Assembly (NCBI RefSeq): GCF_000017305.1
Contig: NC_009664.2
Coordinates: forward strand, 4,729,184 to 4,761,183
Source of the DNA: Kineococcus radiotolerans SRS30216 = ATCC BAA-149
GTDB taxonomy: Bacteria; Actinomycetota; Actinomycetes; Actinomycetales; Kineococcaceae
DNA length: 32,000 bases
Direction: 5' to 3'
Below, one piece after another: positions 22,881 to 31,821 of this stretch. The position numbers and the translations under genes were made by a program. Below the pieces are notes generated by a model. That model was not told where the DNA came from and did not search any database. It saw only the letters and a program-made list of their open reading frames with translations. The first letter of the stretch is position 1; each line of letters begins with the position of its first letter.

Positions 22881-23770
22881 TTGATCCCCGTGGTCGCGAT
22901 GCCCTGGACGATGTACTTCTGGGTGAAGAAGAAGAAAAGAGCGATGGGGATCAGGGACAGCACCGACATCGCCAGCAGGGGTCCCAGACCGCTTCCGGAT
23001 TCGGTGCTCACCAGTGAGTTCAGTCCCAGCGGCAGGGTGTACTGGGCGGGGTCGGTGAGGTAGATGAGGGGGGAGAAGAAGTCGTTCCAGTTCCAGATGA
23101 AGGTGAAGATGGTGGTGGTGATCAGCGCGGGGCGCATCAGGGGCAGGATGATGGAGAAGAAGGTGCGGAAGACCCCGGCGCCGTCGATCGCGGCTGCTTC
23201 GTCGAGCTCGCGGGGTACCCCGCGCAGGAACTGGACCATGAGGAAGACGAAGAAGGAGTCGGTGGCCAGGATCTTGGGCAGGATGAGTGGCCAGTAGGTC
23301 CCCACCAGCCCCACGGAGGCGAATTCCACGTACTGCGGGATGGCCACGACGTGGTAGGGGAGCATGATGCCCGCCAGCATGAGGGCGAAAGCGACGTTCT
23401 TGAACTTGAAGTCCAGGCGGGCGAAGGCGTAGGCCGCCAGCGAGCAGGACACCAGGTTGCCGATGACGCAGCCGATGACGACGATCAGCGAGTTGACGAT
23501 GTAGACGGGGATGCCGCCGCCTACCCCGGACGCCCAGCCGATGCGGTAGTTCTCCCACGTGATCGAGGTGGGGATGATCGAGAACGACGTCATGATGTCG
23601 CTCTCGGGGGTGATGGAGCTCTTCAGCATCCACAGCACCGGGTAGAGCATGGCGATGGAGCCGATGAGGAGGGCGACGTGCTTGAGGGTGGAGTGGCGCC
23701 GCCCGCTGCGCCGGCGCAGCTCAGGTCCGCGGGTGTCGGTTCGGCTCTTGGTGAGTGTGGGACTAGTCAT
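22877..23770 (-). CDS. carbohydrate ABC transporter permease (MalG/CUT1-type)
   Basis: 297 aa with six hydrophobic helices and an EAA loop: PRELDEAAAIDGAGVFRTFFSIILPLMRPAL. The start overlaps the upstream permease gene by 8 bp. Confidence 0.9.
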   Translation of the reverse strand: MTSPTLTKSRTDTRGPELRRRSGRRHSTLKHVALLIGSIAMLYPVLWMLKSSITPESDIMTSFSIIPTSITWENYRIGWASGVGGGIPVYIVNSLIVVIGCVIGNLVSCSLAAYAFARLDFKFKNVAFALMLAGIMLPYHVVAIPQYVEFASVGLVGTYWPLILPKILATDSFFVFLMVQFLRGVPRELDEAAAIDGAGVFRTFFSIILPLMRPALITTTIFTFIWNWNDFFSPLIYLTDPAQYTLPLGLNSLVSTESGSGLGPLLAMSVLSLIPIALFFFFTQKYIVQGIATTGIK

Positions 23771-24725
23771 TGTAGAACACCCAGTACTTCGAGAAGAGGA
23801 AGTTGAGGCCGGTGAAGATCGCGATGATGAGCAGCAGGATCCAGCCCATCGCCGAGGCGTAACCCATGTCGAAGCGCGTGAACCCTTGGATGTAGAGGTA
23901 GAGCGTGTAGAACATCGTCGAGTCCGCCGGCCCGCCCGTGCCCCGGCTGATGACGTAGGCCGGGGTGAAGGCCTGGAAGGCCTGGATGAGCTGCAGCACG
24001 AGGTTGAAGAAGATGATGGGGGTGAGCAGGGGGACGGTGACGTGGCGGAACTGCTTGAACCGCCCGGCCCCGTCCAGGCCCGCCTGCTCGTACAGTTCGG
24101 CCGGGATCTGGCGCAGGCCGGCCATGAAGATGACCATGGGTGAGCCGAAGGTCCACACGTGCAGCAGCACGATGGTGCCCAGGCTGGTGTCGGGGTTGCC
24201 GATCCAGTTGGGCAGGTCGGAGAAGCCCAAGCCGCGCAGCACCTGGTTGACGCCGCCGTCGTAGCCGAAGACCGTGTACCACAGCAGGCCGACGCCCACG
24301 CTGCCCCCGATGAGGGAGGGCAGGTAGAAGACCGAGCGGTAGAAGTTCAAGCCCCGGATGCCTTTGTCGAGGAAGACGGCCAGGGCGAGGGCGAAAGCCA
24401 GCTGCAGGGGGACGGACACCGCGACGTAGACGCCGGTGACGGCGAGGGAGGTGTAGAAGCGTGGGTCGGCGGTGAACAGCTGCCGGTAGTTGCTGAGACC
24501 GGTCCAGACGGCCGGTTCCAGGAGGTTGTAGTTGGTGAAGGACAGGTACAGCGAGGCGATCAGGGGGCCGGCGGTGATGAAGACGAACCCCAGGATCCAG
24601 GGCAGCAGGAACAGGAAGGCGGACCGGCCGGAGCGGCGCCGCCGGGGGGTGCGCGGGGGCGCCTTGGTGGCCGCGGTGGGGGCGGCGGGTACCGCGAGGC
24701 GGGCGTCAGCCACGGGGCACCTCAC
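23763..24725 (-). CDS. sugar ABC transporter permease (MalF/CUT1-type)
   Basis: 320 aa with an EAA loop: PAELYEQAGLDGAGRFKQFRHVTVPLLTPII. N-terminal RRRRSGRSAFLFLLPWILGF. GTG start at 24723-24725, or at 24711-24713. Confidence 0.9.
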   Translation of the reverse strand: MRCPVADARLAVPAAPTAATKAPPRTPRRRRSGRSAFLFLLPWILGFVFITAGPLIASLYLSFTNYNLLEPAVWTGLSNYRQLFTADPRFYTSLAVTGVYVAVSVPLQLAFALALAVFLDKGIRGLNFYRSVFYLPSLIGGSVGVGLLWYTVFGYDGGVNQVLRGLGFSDLPNWIGNPDTSLGTIVLLHVWTFGSPMVIFMAGLRQIPAELYEQAGLDGAGRFKQFRHVTVPLLTPIIFFNLVLQLIQAFQAFTPAYVISRGTGGPADSTMFYTLYLYIQGFTRFDMGYASAMGWILLLIIAIFTGLNFLFSKYWVFYND

Positions 24726-24831
24726 CTCGACCGGGCACCGTTGCCGGGCTGGCCACCGCCATGACGAGCAGCGGGGCCACCGGCATCGCGGGTACGCACC
24801 CGGCGGGCAGTGAGGGCGCCGGGAGCGTCAG

Positions 24832-24879
24832 GGCGGTCTCGAGGGTGGTCTCGAGGGCGAGCTCGGGGGCGAGGTGTGG
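24832..24879. repeat. 12-bp periodic repeat GG(C/T)GGTCTCGAG x2 + 2 degenerate units, inside the operon (SBP-permease spacer)
   Basis: 24832-24843 and 24844-24855 differ by one base (each contains CTCGAG). 24856-24867 and 24868-24879 are degenerate. Confidence 0.7.
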
Positions 24880-24924
24880 TGCGTTGTCGAGCACGGGGAC
24901 CTCCTGTCGGTTCGGTCGGGTGAC

Positions 24925-26307
24925 TCAGCCCTTGTCCAGGGCCGCCTGCAAGGTGGCGATGCCTTCCTGCACGGCGGCGTCGATGGCGACGCCACCGTTG
25001 AAGATGTCGTCGCCGGCCTTCTCGACCAGCGTCTGCCAGTTGGCACCGCCCACGGGGGGCTCGGGCCGGGCCCGCATGGGCTGCTCGTCGATGCGGTCGG
25101 TCATCTCGAGGATCTTCATCGCCGTGGGGTCTGCGGCCGCCTTGATCGCGGCGACGATCTCGGGGTTGGAGGGGATGCCGGAGGCGAGGCCGACCACATC
25201 GGCGTTGGAGGGGTCGTTGAGGGAGAAGTTGATGAATTGCCCCGCCAGCTCGGGACTGGTGGTGTTCGCCCCGCTGCACAGGCGGGTGTAGTACTTGAAC
25301 TGGTAGTCCGGGGCCGCGCCGGCGGCGACGGGCGACTTCACCAGCTGCAGCTCGTTCTCCCCGGAGAAGGAGGCGTTGTCCTGGAACTGGTTCAGCTGGA
25401 CGAGGTAGAGGGCGGTCTTGCCGCCGGTCTGGGTCCACTGGGTCTTGCCGGCTGAGATCTGGGTGGGCATCACCCCTCCGGCGTCGGTGGCTTTCTGCCA
25501 CCAGGCAAACCAGCTGCCCAGGACGTCGACGTCGAAGCCAATCTTCCCGTCGGGGGTGAACACCTCAGCACCCTGCTGACGGATCCAGAGGTGGGCGTGC
25601 TGGTAGAAGGTGGACTGGTTCGCGATGCCCCAGTTGCCTTCTCCCTTGGCCCGGGCGTAGTCGGCGGCGAGGGTGGACAGGTCGTCCCAGGTCCAGCTCT
25701 CGTCATCGGGCAGATCCTGGATACCGACCGCGGCCATCGCTGTCGTGTCCACCTGGGTGCAGGTGCTGTACTGGCTGTAGACGGGGCCGTACTGCTTGCC
25801 GCCCAGCTTCCAGGACTCCACCACCTGCGGGTCGAAGGCGGAGTAGTCGATGGTTCCCTCCGGCAGGGTGCCCAGGTCGTAGAGAGCCCCACGGGTGGCG
25901 TAGGTGAGGGCGAGGTTCGCCGGCATCCAGAGGACGTCGGGGAGGTTCTTGCCCGCGGCCTGGACGGAGAGCCGGTCGCCGTACCCGCTGTACTCCGAAG
26001 GTTCGACCTTCACCGTGCCGCCGTCGAAGCCACCGGCGAACTCGGTGAAGATCTTCTGCCGGCTGTCGTTGCCCCACCAGGCGAAACGAATGGTTCCCTC
26101 CGGTGAGCCTTGACCGGTCTGCTGGGGGCTGACCCCGCAGGCGGCCAGACCCAGCGTGGTGGCGGTGGCGGCGCCCAGACCGAGCAGGTGTCGGCGTGTG
26201 AGCGGCCCCTGGAGCGTCGGCTGCGGGGCGGGGACGTGGGCGGGGGCAGGGCCAGAGGCGGGGGCGGGGTCGGGCGTGGATGTGGAGGTGGGGCTGTGGG
26301 TGTTCAC
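24925..26307 (-). CDS. ABC transporter extracellular sugar-binding lipoprotein (Tat-type signal)
   Basis: GTG 26305-26307 is preceded by GAAGGAG at 5-nt spacing. TRRHLLGLGAATATTLGLAACG combines a twin-arginine motif with a lipobox Cys. IRFAWWGN and the overall family-1 SBP pattern are present. It is the first gene of the transporter operon. Confidence 0.9.
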   Translation of the reverse strand: MNTHSPTSTSTPDPAPASGPAPAHVPAPQPTLQGPLTRRHLLGLGAATATTLGLAACGVSPQQTGQGSPEGTIRFAWWGNDSRQKIFTEFAGGFDGGTVKVEPSEYSGYGDRLSVQAAGKNLPDVLWMPANLALTYATRGALYDLGTLPEGTIDYSAFDPQVVESWKLGGKQYGPVYSQYSTCTQVDTTAMAAVGIQDLPDDESWTWDDLSTLAADYARAKGEGNWGIANQSTFYQHAHLWIRQQGAEVFTPDGKIGFDVDVLGSWFAWWQKATDAGGVMPTQISAGKTQWTQTGGKTALYLVQLNQFQDNASFSGENELQLVKSPVAAGAAPDYQFKYYTRLCSGANTTSPELAGQFINFSLNDPSNADVVGLASGIPSNPEIVAAIKAAADPTAMKILEMTDRIDEQPMRARPEPPVGGANWQTLVEKAGDDIFNGGVAIDAAVQEGIATLQAALDKG

Positions 26308-26395
26308 TACAACTCCTTCGTCGTGAGTGGGCGCCGGTCCGTGCGTGAGGTATGCATCCAGTGGATGCACGAGGGGGTGGACCCTGGATGGGCGT

Positions 26396-27976
26396 TCAGG
26401 CGACGGCAAGGGCCGAGGGTTCCACGAGGCTGGGGTAGGCGGCGAGGGTGAGGAACTCGACGTAGTCGGCGTCGACGGCGACCTTCTCGAACAACTCCCG
26501 CGCCGGTGCCGCGCTGGGGGACTGCGAGCGTGCCTGCTGCTCGTCGAGGAGTCGGTTGACCAGGTCAGCGGTGACGGTCTCCCCGTCGGCCATCTGCACG
26601 CTGTTGTGGATCCACTGCCACACCTGGGAGCGGGCGATCTCCGCCGTGGCGGCGTCCTCCATCAGGTTGTCGATGGCGACGGCCCCGGTCCCCTCCAGCC
26701 ACGCCTCGAGGTAACGCACCCCGACGGAGATGTTGCTGAGCAGACCGTCGCGGGTGACCTCTCCGGGAGTGTCGGCCACGGCGAGCAGATCGGCGGCGGT
26801 GATGGAGACGTCGGGAATGACTGCCTTCTGGTTCGGCTGGGAGCCGAGAAGAGCGCTGAACTCCTCACGGCAGATGGCGACCAGATCCGGGTGGGCGACC
26901 CACGAGCCGTCGAAGCCGTCGCCGGCCTCGCGGTGCTTGTCCGCGCGGACCTTCTCCAGCGCTGCGTTGTTGACCTCGGGGTCGCGACGGTTGGGGATGA
27001 AGGCGGACATCCCCCCGATCGCGTGGGCACCGCGGCGGTGGCAGGTACGCACCAGCAGACGGGTGTAGGCGCGCATGAACGGGACGGTCATGGTCACGGT
27101 GTTGCGGTCGGGCAGCACCCAGTCCGCGCCGCGGGAGCGGTAGTACTTGATGAGGCTGAACATGTAGTCCCAGCGCCCGGCGTTCAAGCCCGCCGCGTGA
27201 TCGCGCAGCTCGTAGAGGATCTCCTCCATCTGGAACGCTGCGGGCAGCGTCTCGATCAGAACGGTGGCCCGGATGGTCCCCTGGGGAATGCCGAGGGCGT
27301 CCTGGGCCAGGACGAAGGCCCGGTTCCACAGTCGAGCCTCCTCCCCGCTCTCCAGCTTGGGCAGGTAGAAGTAGGGCCCGCTGCCCTGCTGGAGGAGGGC
27401 TTCGGCGTTGGCGGCGAAGTAGATGGCGAAGTCGAAGAAGGCACCGGCGACAGGGTCCTCCCCGACGCGGACGTGGGCCTCGTCCAGGTGCAGGCCGCGG
27501 GGGCGGACCACGATGGTCGCGACGTCCTGGGCGAGCTCGTAGCGCCGTCCGGCGTCGGTGGTGAAGTCGACCTGACGGCGGATGGCGTCGTAGAGGTTGA
27601 CCTGACCGTCGACGACGTTGCGCCAGGTCGGGGTGATGGCGTCTTCGAAGTCGGCCAGCCAGACCTTCGCTCCGGAGTTCAGCGCGTTGACGGTCATCCG
27701 CCGGTCGGTCGGACCGGTGATCTCCACGCGGCGATCGTCGAGGCCGGGGGCCGCTGGGGCGACCGTCCACGACGCTTCACGCACCGAGGCAGTGGCGGGG
27801 TCGAAGTCGAAGTCCTCGCCGGCGGTGATGCGTTCGGCGCGCCGTTTGCGTTCAGCGAGCAGGCGCTGACGCTCGTCTTCGAGCTCGGTGTGCAGGAGCT
27901 CCAGGAGGGCCTGGGCGCGAGGGGTGAGGACGGTCTCGTCTTCTGCGCTACGCGATCCGTTGATGTCCAGGGTCAT
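26396..27976 (-). CDS. aceB: malate synthase A
   Basis: 526 aa, colinear with AceB: VEITGPTDRRMTVNALNSGAKVWLADFEDA, VRPRGLHLDE, GPYFYLPKLES.EEARLWN, IRATVLIETLPAAFQMEEILYELRDHAAGLNAGRWDY. ATG 27974-27976 is preceded by GAGGAGA. Confidence 0.95.
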   Translation of the reverse strand: MTLDINGSRSAEDETVLTPRAQALLELLHTELEDERQRLLAERKRRAERITAGEDFDFDPATASVREASWTVAPAAPGLDDRRVEITGPTDRRMTVNALNSGAKVWLADFEDAITPTWRNVVDGQVNLYDAIRRQVDFTTDAGRRYELAQDVATIVVRPRGLHLDEAHVRVGEDPVAGAFFDFAIYFAANAEALLQQGSGPYFYLPKLESGEEARLWNRAFVLAQDALGIPQGTIRATVLIETLPAAFQMEEILYELRDHAAGLNAGRWDYMFSLIKYYRSRGADWVLPDRNTVTMTVPFMRAYTRLLVRTCHRRGAHAIGGMSAFIPNRRDPEVNNAALEKVRADKHREAGDGFDGSWVAHPDLVAICREEFSALLGSQPNQKAVIPDVSITAADLLAVADTPGEVTRDGLLSNISVGVRYLEAWLEGTGAVAIDNLMEDAATAEIARSQVWQWIHNSVQMADGETVTADLVNRLLDEQQARSQSPSAAPARELFEKVAVDADYVEFLTLAAYPSLVEPSALAVA

Positions 27977-28043
27977 GAGATCTCCTCGATGGGGTGTCGT
28001 GCGGAGCAGACGTCGTGGTGTGCCGGCACCTCGCCGGTGCTGA

Positions 28044-28088
28044 GTCCAGCGCGTCCAGCGCGTCCAGCGGGTTCAGCGAGTCCGAAGG
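28044..28088. repeat. 9-bp tandem repeat GTCCAGCGC x2 + 3 degenerate copies, intergenic
   Basis: 28044-28052 and 28053-28061 are identical. 28062-28070, 28071-28079 and 28080-28088 are degenerate. The array lies between the enolase-superfamily gene stop (28133) and the aceB start (27976). Confidence 0.8.
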
Positions 28089-28132
28089 TGACGGATGGGG
28101 GTAGAACGACCACTCCTCTGCGGAGCGGTGGG

Positions 28133-29233
28133 TCAGGTGGTGGCAGGGGAGACGGCGCGTACGGCTTCCTGCGTGAAGCGCTCGGTGAGGCGTACGCCCC
28201 AGCCGGGTCCGGTGGGGAGGCTGACGTGACCGTCGATGACCTCGAGTGCCGGTTCGTAGACGTCGCGCGCCCAGGCGACGTCTTCGGCGCTCCACTCCTG
28301 GGCCTGTCCGCAGGCCGGCATCGCGGCCGCCAGGTGCAGGGTGAAGACTTCGAGCAGGGAGTGGTTGGCGCAGTGCGGTGTGCAGGGGACGCCGAACACG
28401 TCGGCCATGGCCGCGACCTCCCGCGCCCGTCCTACACCGCCCAGGTAGCCGATGTCGGGTTGGACGATGTCGAGGAAGCCGTGCTGGAGGATGCGGGCGA
28501 ACTGCTCGAGGGAGGTGTCCTGTTCGCCGCCGGCGATGGGGATGTCCAGGGCTTGGGCGACGGATCCGGTCTGCTCGATCTGCGGGTAGGGGCACGGTTC
28601 CTCGAAGTGGAAGTAGCCGTGCTCTTCGAGCATTCGCCCGACGCGGACCGCCTCCGCGGCGGAGTACCCGCCGTTGGCGTCGGCCCGGATGGAGAGCTCG
28701 TCGCCGAGGCCGTCACGCATGCTCTTAATGAGCTGTTCCGTGCGTCCGGGCCACTGGTCGACGTCGGCGCCCATCGGGGTTCCGATGCGGATCTTGACGC
28801 CGGTGAACCCGTCGCGCTCGATGAGGGCTTGCAGGTGGGCGAGCTCCTCCTGCGGCCCGCGGTCGCGGACCATGCTTGAGAGGTAGACGGGGACGCGGGT
28901 CCTCACTGTCCCGCCGAGCAGCTGGTGCACCGGGCGAGCGGAGAGCTGGCCCAGCAGGTCCCAGACGGCGGTCTCGACGCCGGCCACGGCCCGGTTGAAG
29001 AAGCTTCCGAGGAACTTGTAGTGCTCGCGGAAGCACTGGCGGGTCACGGCTTCCACGTCAGCGGGGTCAGTGCCTAGGAAGGACGGGGCGACCATCGCGT
29101 GCAGGACCTGCTCGGTGCACTCGACCTGGTAGGGCGCTGCCTGCCCGATGCCCACGGCGCCGTCGGCGGTGGTGACGCGGACAGCGAGGACTGGGCCCCG
29201 GCGCAGGGTCTCGATCCGGTCGATCGCAGTCAT
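28133..29233 (-). CDS. mandelate racemase / muconate lactonizing enzyme family (enolase superfamily) protein
   Basis: ATG 29231-29233 (MTAIDRIETL...) is preceded by GGGAGA. Capping-domain start, then barrel motifs FTGVKIRIG, IRADANGGY, FHFEEP, IAGGEQ, LDIVQPD and CTPHC in the canonical order. Substrate is not assignable by eye. Confidence 0.85.
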   Translation of the reverse strand: MTAIDRIETLRRGPVLAVRVTTADGAVGIGQAAPYQVECTEQVLHAMVAPSFLGTDPADVEAVTRQCFREHYKFLGSFFNRAVAGVETAVWDLLGQLSARPVHQLLGGTVRTRVPVYLSSMVRDRGPQEELAHLQALIERDGFTGVKIRIGTPMGADVDQWPGRTEQLIKSMRDGLGDELSIRADANGGYSAAEAVRVGRMLEEHGYFHFEEPCPYPQIEQTGSVAQALDIPIAGGEQDTSLEQFARILQHGFLDIVQPDIGYLGGVGRAREVAAMADVFGVPCTPHCANHSLLEVFTLHLAAAMPACGQAQEWSAEDVAWARDVYEPALEVIDGHVSLPTGPGWGVRLTERFTQEAVRAVSPATT

Positions 29234-29367
29234 CGGCTGTCTCCCTCGACACACCACTTCCGGGATGCGGACTACTTCATCCGCGATGCGGAGTCTTCCA
29301 GTGATCGAGTGACAACGTCAAGGGTGTGACCCTCGATTTCGAGAGATTGCTTCCGTATGCTGGAAGC

Positions 29368-30174
29368 ATGTTGACGCCGCCGTCCGACGCGACTCCTGTC
29401 CCTGCCAGTCGTGGGGATGGCGGCGTGCAATCGGTGGAGCGGGCCTTCACCGTGCTGTCACTGCTCGCCGACCATGGCGGTCAGCTCTCCCTCAGCGAAG
29501 TCGCCGATCTCTCGGGGTTGCCGCTGCCGACGGCCCACCGCCTGCTGAAGACCATGGCGAGCAGTGGCCACGTCAGCCGGCTGCCCGACCGGCGCTATGG
29601 TCTGGGCCCACGCCTCATCGGCCTGGGACAGAAAGCGACTTCGCTGCTGCACCTGTGGGCCCTGCCTCACCTGACCCGTCTCGTCGACGTCGTGGGGGAG
29701 ACGGCGAACCTCGCCGTCCTCGACGGAAGTCACGTCGTCTACGTCGCCCAGGTGCCTTCCCGGCACAACATGCGGATGTTCACCGAGGTCGGACGACGGG
29801 TCAGCCCGCACTGCACGGGAGTGGGTAAAGCCATGCTCGCCGCGCTGGACCCCGAGCAGGCGGACCGGGTGATCAACTCTCTCGACTTCACCGCCCAGAC
29901 GCCCCACACCATCGTGACCCCCGACGCCCTCAGGTCCGCCCTCGACGGTGTGCGCCAACAGGGCTACGCGATCGACGACGGTGAGCAGGAGATCGGCGTC
30001 CGGTGCCTGGCGGTGGCCTTCCAGGTCGGGCCCTCCATCGCCGCCTGCTCGGTCTCGGGTCCCGCCGCTCGCCTCACCGACGAGACCGTGCGTGCCGCGG
30101 CACCCGCCGTCGCCGAGTGCGCCCAAGCCGTCGCCGCCGCGATGGAAAAGAACCGGGCCGACCAGCAGGGGTGA
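29368..30174 (+). CDS. IclR family transcriptional regulator
   Basis: N-terminal wHTH: VQSVERAFTVLSLLADHGGQLSLSEVADLSGLPLPTAHRLLKTMASSGHV. C-terminal effector domain: GVGKAMLA...GYAIDDGEQEIGVRCLAV. ATG 29368 is chosen; the track ORF starts at GTG 29326. It is divergent from the enolase-superfamily gene. Confidence 0.9.
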   Translation: MLTPPSDATPVPASRGDGGVQSVERAFTVLSLLADHGGQLSLSEVADLSGLPLPTAHRLLKTMASSGHVSRLPDRRYGLGPRLIGLGQKATSLLHLWALPHLTRLVDVVGETANLAVLDGSHVVYVAQVPSRHNMRMFTEVGRRVSPHCTGVGKAMLAALDPEQADRVINSLDFTAQTPHTIVTPDALRSALDGVRQQGYAIDDGEQEIGVRCLAVAFQVGPSIAACSVSGPAARLTDETVRAAAPAVAECAQAVAAAMEKNRADQQG

Positions 30175-30708
30175 TCCAGGCACCACCCTCATCCCGCCCT
30201 CACTGCGCGGACAGCCCACCGATCGGTGCCCCGCAGCTCCTGCGGCCCCAGGCCCAGCGGCGCCTTTCGCTACCTCGGCGCAAGCGGTGACGGGTGCCCG
30301 GGCCACGACGGGCCACGGGGGGCACGAGATCGCTGCGCGCTGGAGCGTGTCTGAGTACAGCGACCGCATCCTGTACACCCGCGCGGACGGCAGCCCACGG
30401 CAACCAGACGTACCTGAAAGACAGCACCCGCATCTCACGGTCCAGCTGATGGGCACGAGCATCAGCGGGGACTGAGCGAGCCGTATTGGCGGGTCGTGTG
30501 GAGCTGTTCGCCAGAGGTGGCGACCTGAGCTCTCAATGCTCACCCACGACGACGGCCTTAGGGACGCACCACGTCATCGCCACCTACTTGGAGCCGATGT
30601 GCTCGTGTCCGAGCGCACCGAAATCGGACCCAGGATCCTCGGTCCCGCCGGTGAAGGCCCACGCGATCAGCTCCTGACCCCAGCTCCGCGGCCCGTGCGG
30701 TGACTTGG

Positions 30709-31821
30709 TCAGGACAACGACGACCCCATCGACACCACAGCCCGCCCGAGGATGTCGCCACCGTCCAAGCGTGAATAGGCTTCGTTGACGTCTTCCAAAG
30801 AGAACACGTCAGTGACAAGCGCGTCAGGATCGAACGAGCCACGGGCGGCAAGGTCGACCACCGCCGGCAGATCGGTACGTGTCCGGGCTCCGAAGGAACC
30901 CATGAGCGAGCGGCTGCGCCGGACGAAAGGGGTGATCTCGATGCCGACTTCCGCGTTCCCCGCTGCCAGTCCGACCGCAACCGCCCGGCCGCCGTCGGCC
31001 AGTACATCGACCGCCAGCCGCAGCGTGGCCGGACGGCCCAGAGCTTCGATCGCCACGTCCACTCCCCGGCCACCGGTCGCCGCTCGCACCGCAGCGTGCG
31101 CGTCTTCCTTCGCTGAGTTGACCGTGTGCGTAGCCCCTAGACGACGAGCCATCGCAAGCTTCTCGTCGTTGACGTCGACCGCTACCACCGTCGACGCCCC
31201 CGCCGCCGCGGCGAGTTGAACCATGGACATGCCTAGTCCACCCACTGCGACCACGGCAACCGTCGCGCCGGGTTGGACGCTGCCGGCGCGGTGGACGGCT
31301 CCGTACGCGGTCATCCCGGCACACCCCAGCACAGCGGCACTTGTCATCGACACTTCTGACGGGAGAACCGCCAAGGCACTCACCGGGCACACCGAGTACT
31401 CGGCGAGACCCGCCATCGAGTACATGGCCAGCGGTGACCCGTCCGTGCGCCTCAGGCGGGTTTCACCGTCGAACAAAGCGCCCTTCAACCGGTTCTGGGC
31501 GAAGAATTGCGGACACAGGTCATCGCGGCCTCGCTGACACTCATCGCACCGGGTGCACGGCATGATGAACCCCCCGACGACGGCGTCTCCAACTCGGAGG
31601 TTTTCGACGCCGTCACCGAGCTGCACGATGGTGCCGCTGATCTCGTGACCCAGCACCGCGGGGCGGGGGAACGCAATCTCGCCTTTGAGTACATGCAAGT
31701 CGGAGTGACAGACTCCGCACGCCGCAACACGGATCAGCGCTTCCCCGGCGCGGGGCGCAGGAACCGGAACCCGCTCAAGGACGAACTCAGCACTGTCGGG
31801 CGACAACACCGCCGCGAGCAT
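30709..31821 (-). CDS. zinc-dependent alcohol dehydrogenase (MDR family)
   Basis: Catalytic-Zn motif: CGVCHSDLH...GHEISG. Structural-Zn Cys cluster: CTRCDECQRGRDDLC. Rossmann motif: VAVVAVGGLGMSMVQLA. ATG 31819-31821 (MLAAVL...) is preceded by GGAGA at about 8 nt and matches the usual family N-terminus. Alternative upstream starts are ATG 31852-31854 and GTG 31858-31860. Confidence 0.9.
   Translation of the reverse strand: MLAAVLSPDSAEFVLERVPVPAPRAGEALIRVAACGVCHSDLHVLKGEIAFPRPAVLGHEISGTIVQLGDGVENLRVGDAVVGGFIMPCTRCDECQRGRDDLCPQFFAQNRLKGALFDGETRLRRTDGSPLAMYSMAGLAEYSVCPVSALAVLPSEVSMTSAAVLGCAGMTAYGAVHRAGSVQPGATVAVVAVGGLGMSMVQLAAAAGASTVVAVDVNDEKLAMARRLGATHTVNSAKEDAHAAVRAATGGRGVDVAIEALGRPATLRLAVDVLADGGRAVAVGLAAGNAEVGIEITPFVRRSRSLMGSFGARTRTDLPAVVDLAARGSFDPDALVTDVFSLEDVNEAYSRLDGGDILGRAVVSMGSSLS

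Noticed and set aside
22881-23633. N-terminal 251 codons of the 1021-aa ORF (20568..23633), which would make a permease-overlapping giant hydrolase
   Set aside because: This part overlaps the well-supported ABC permease gene in another frame and is His/Arg/Pro-rich. The hydrolase has a clean ATG at 22878-22880, coupled (ATGA) to the permease stop.
26327-28879. 850-aa plus-strand ORF, the second-longest open frame in the window
   Set aside because: It lies entirely antisense to two genes with unmistakable family identity (malate synthase A and an enolase-superfamily enzyme). Its translation is Gly/Val/Asp/Glu/Arg-rich with no recognisable motif, the typical antisense open frame of high-GC DNA.
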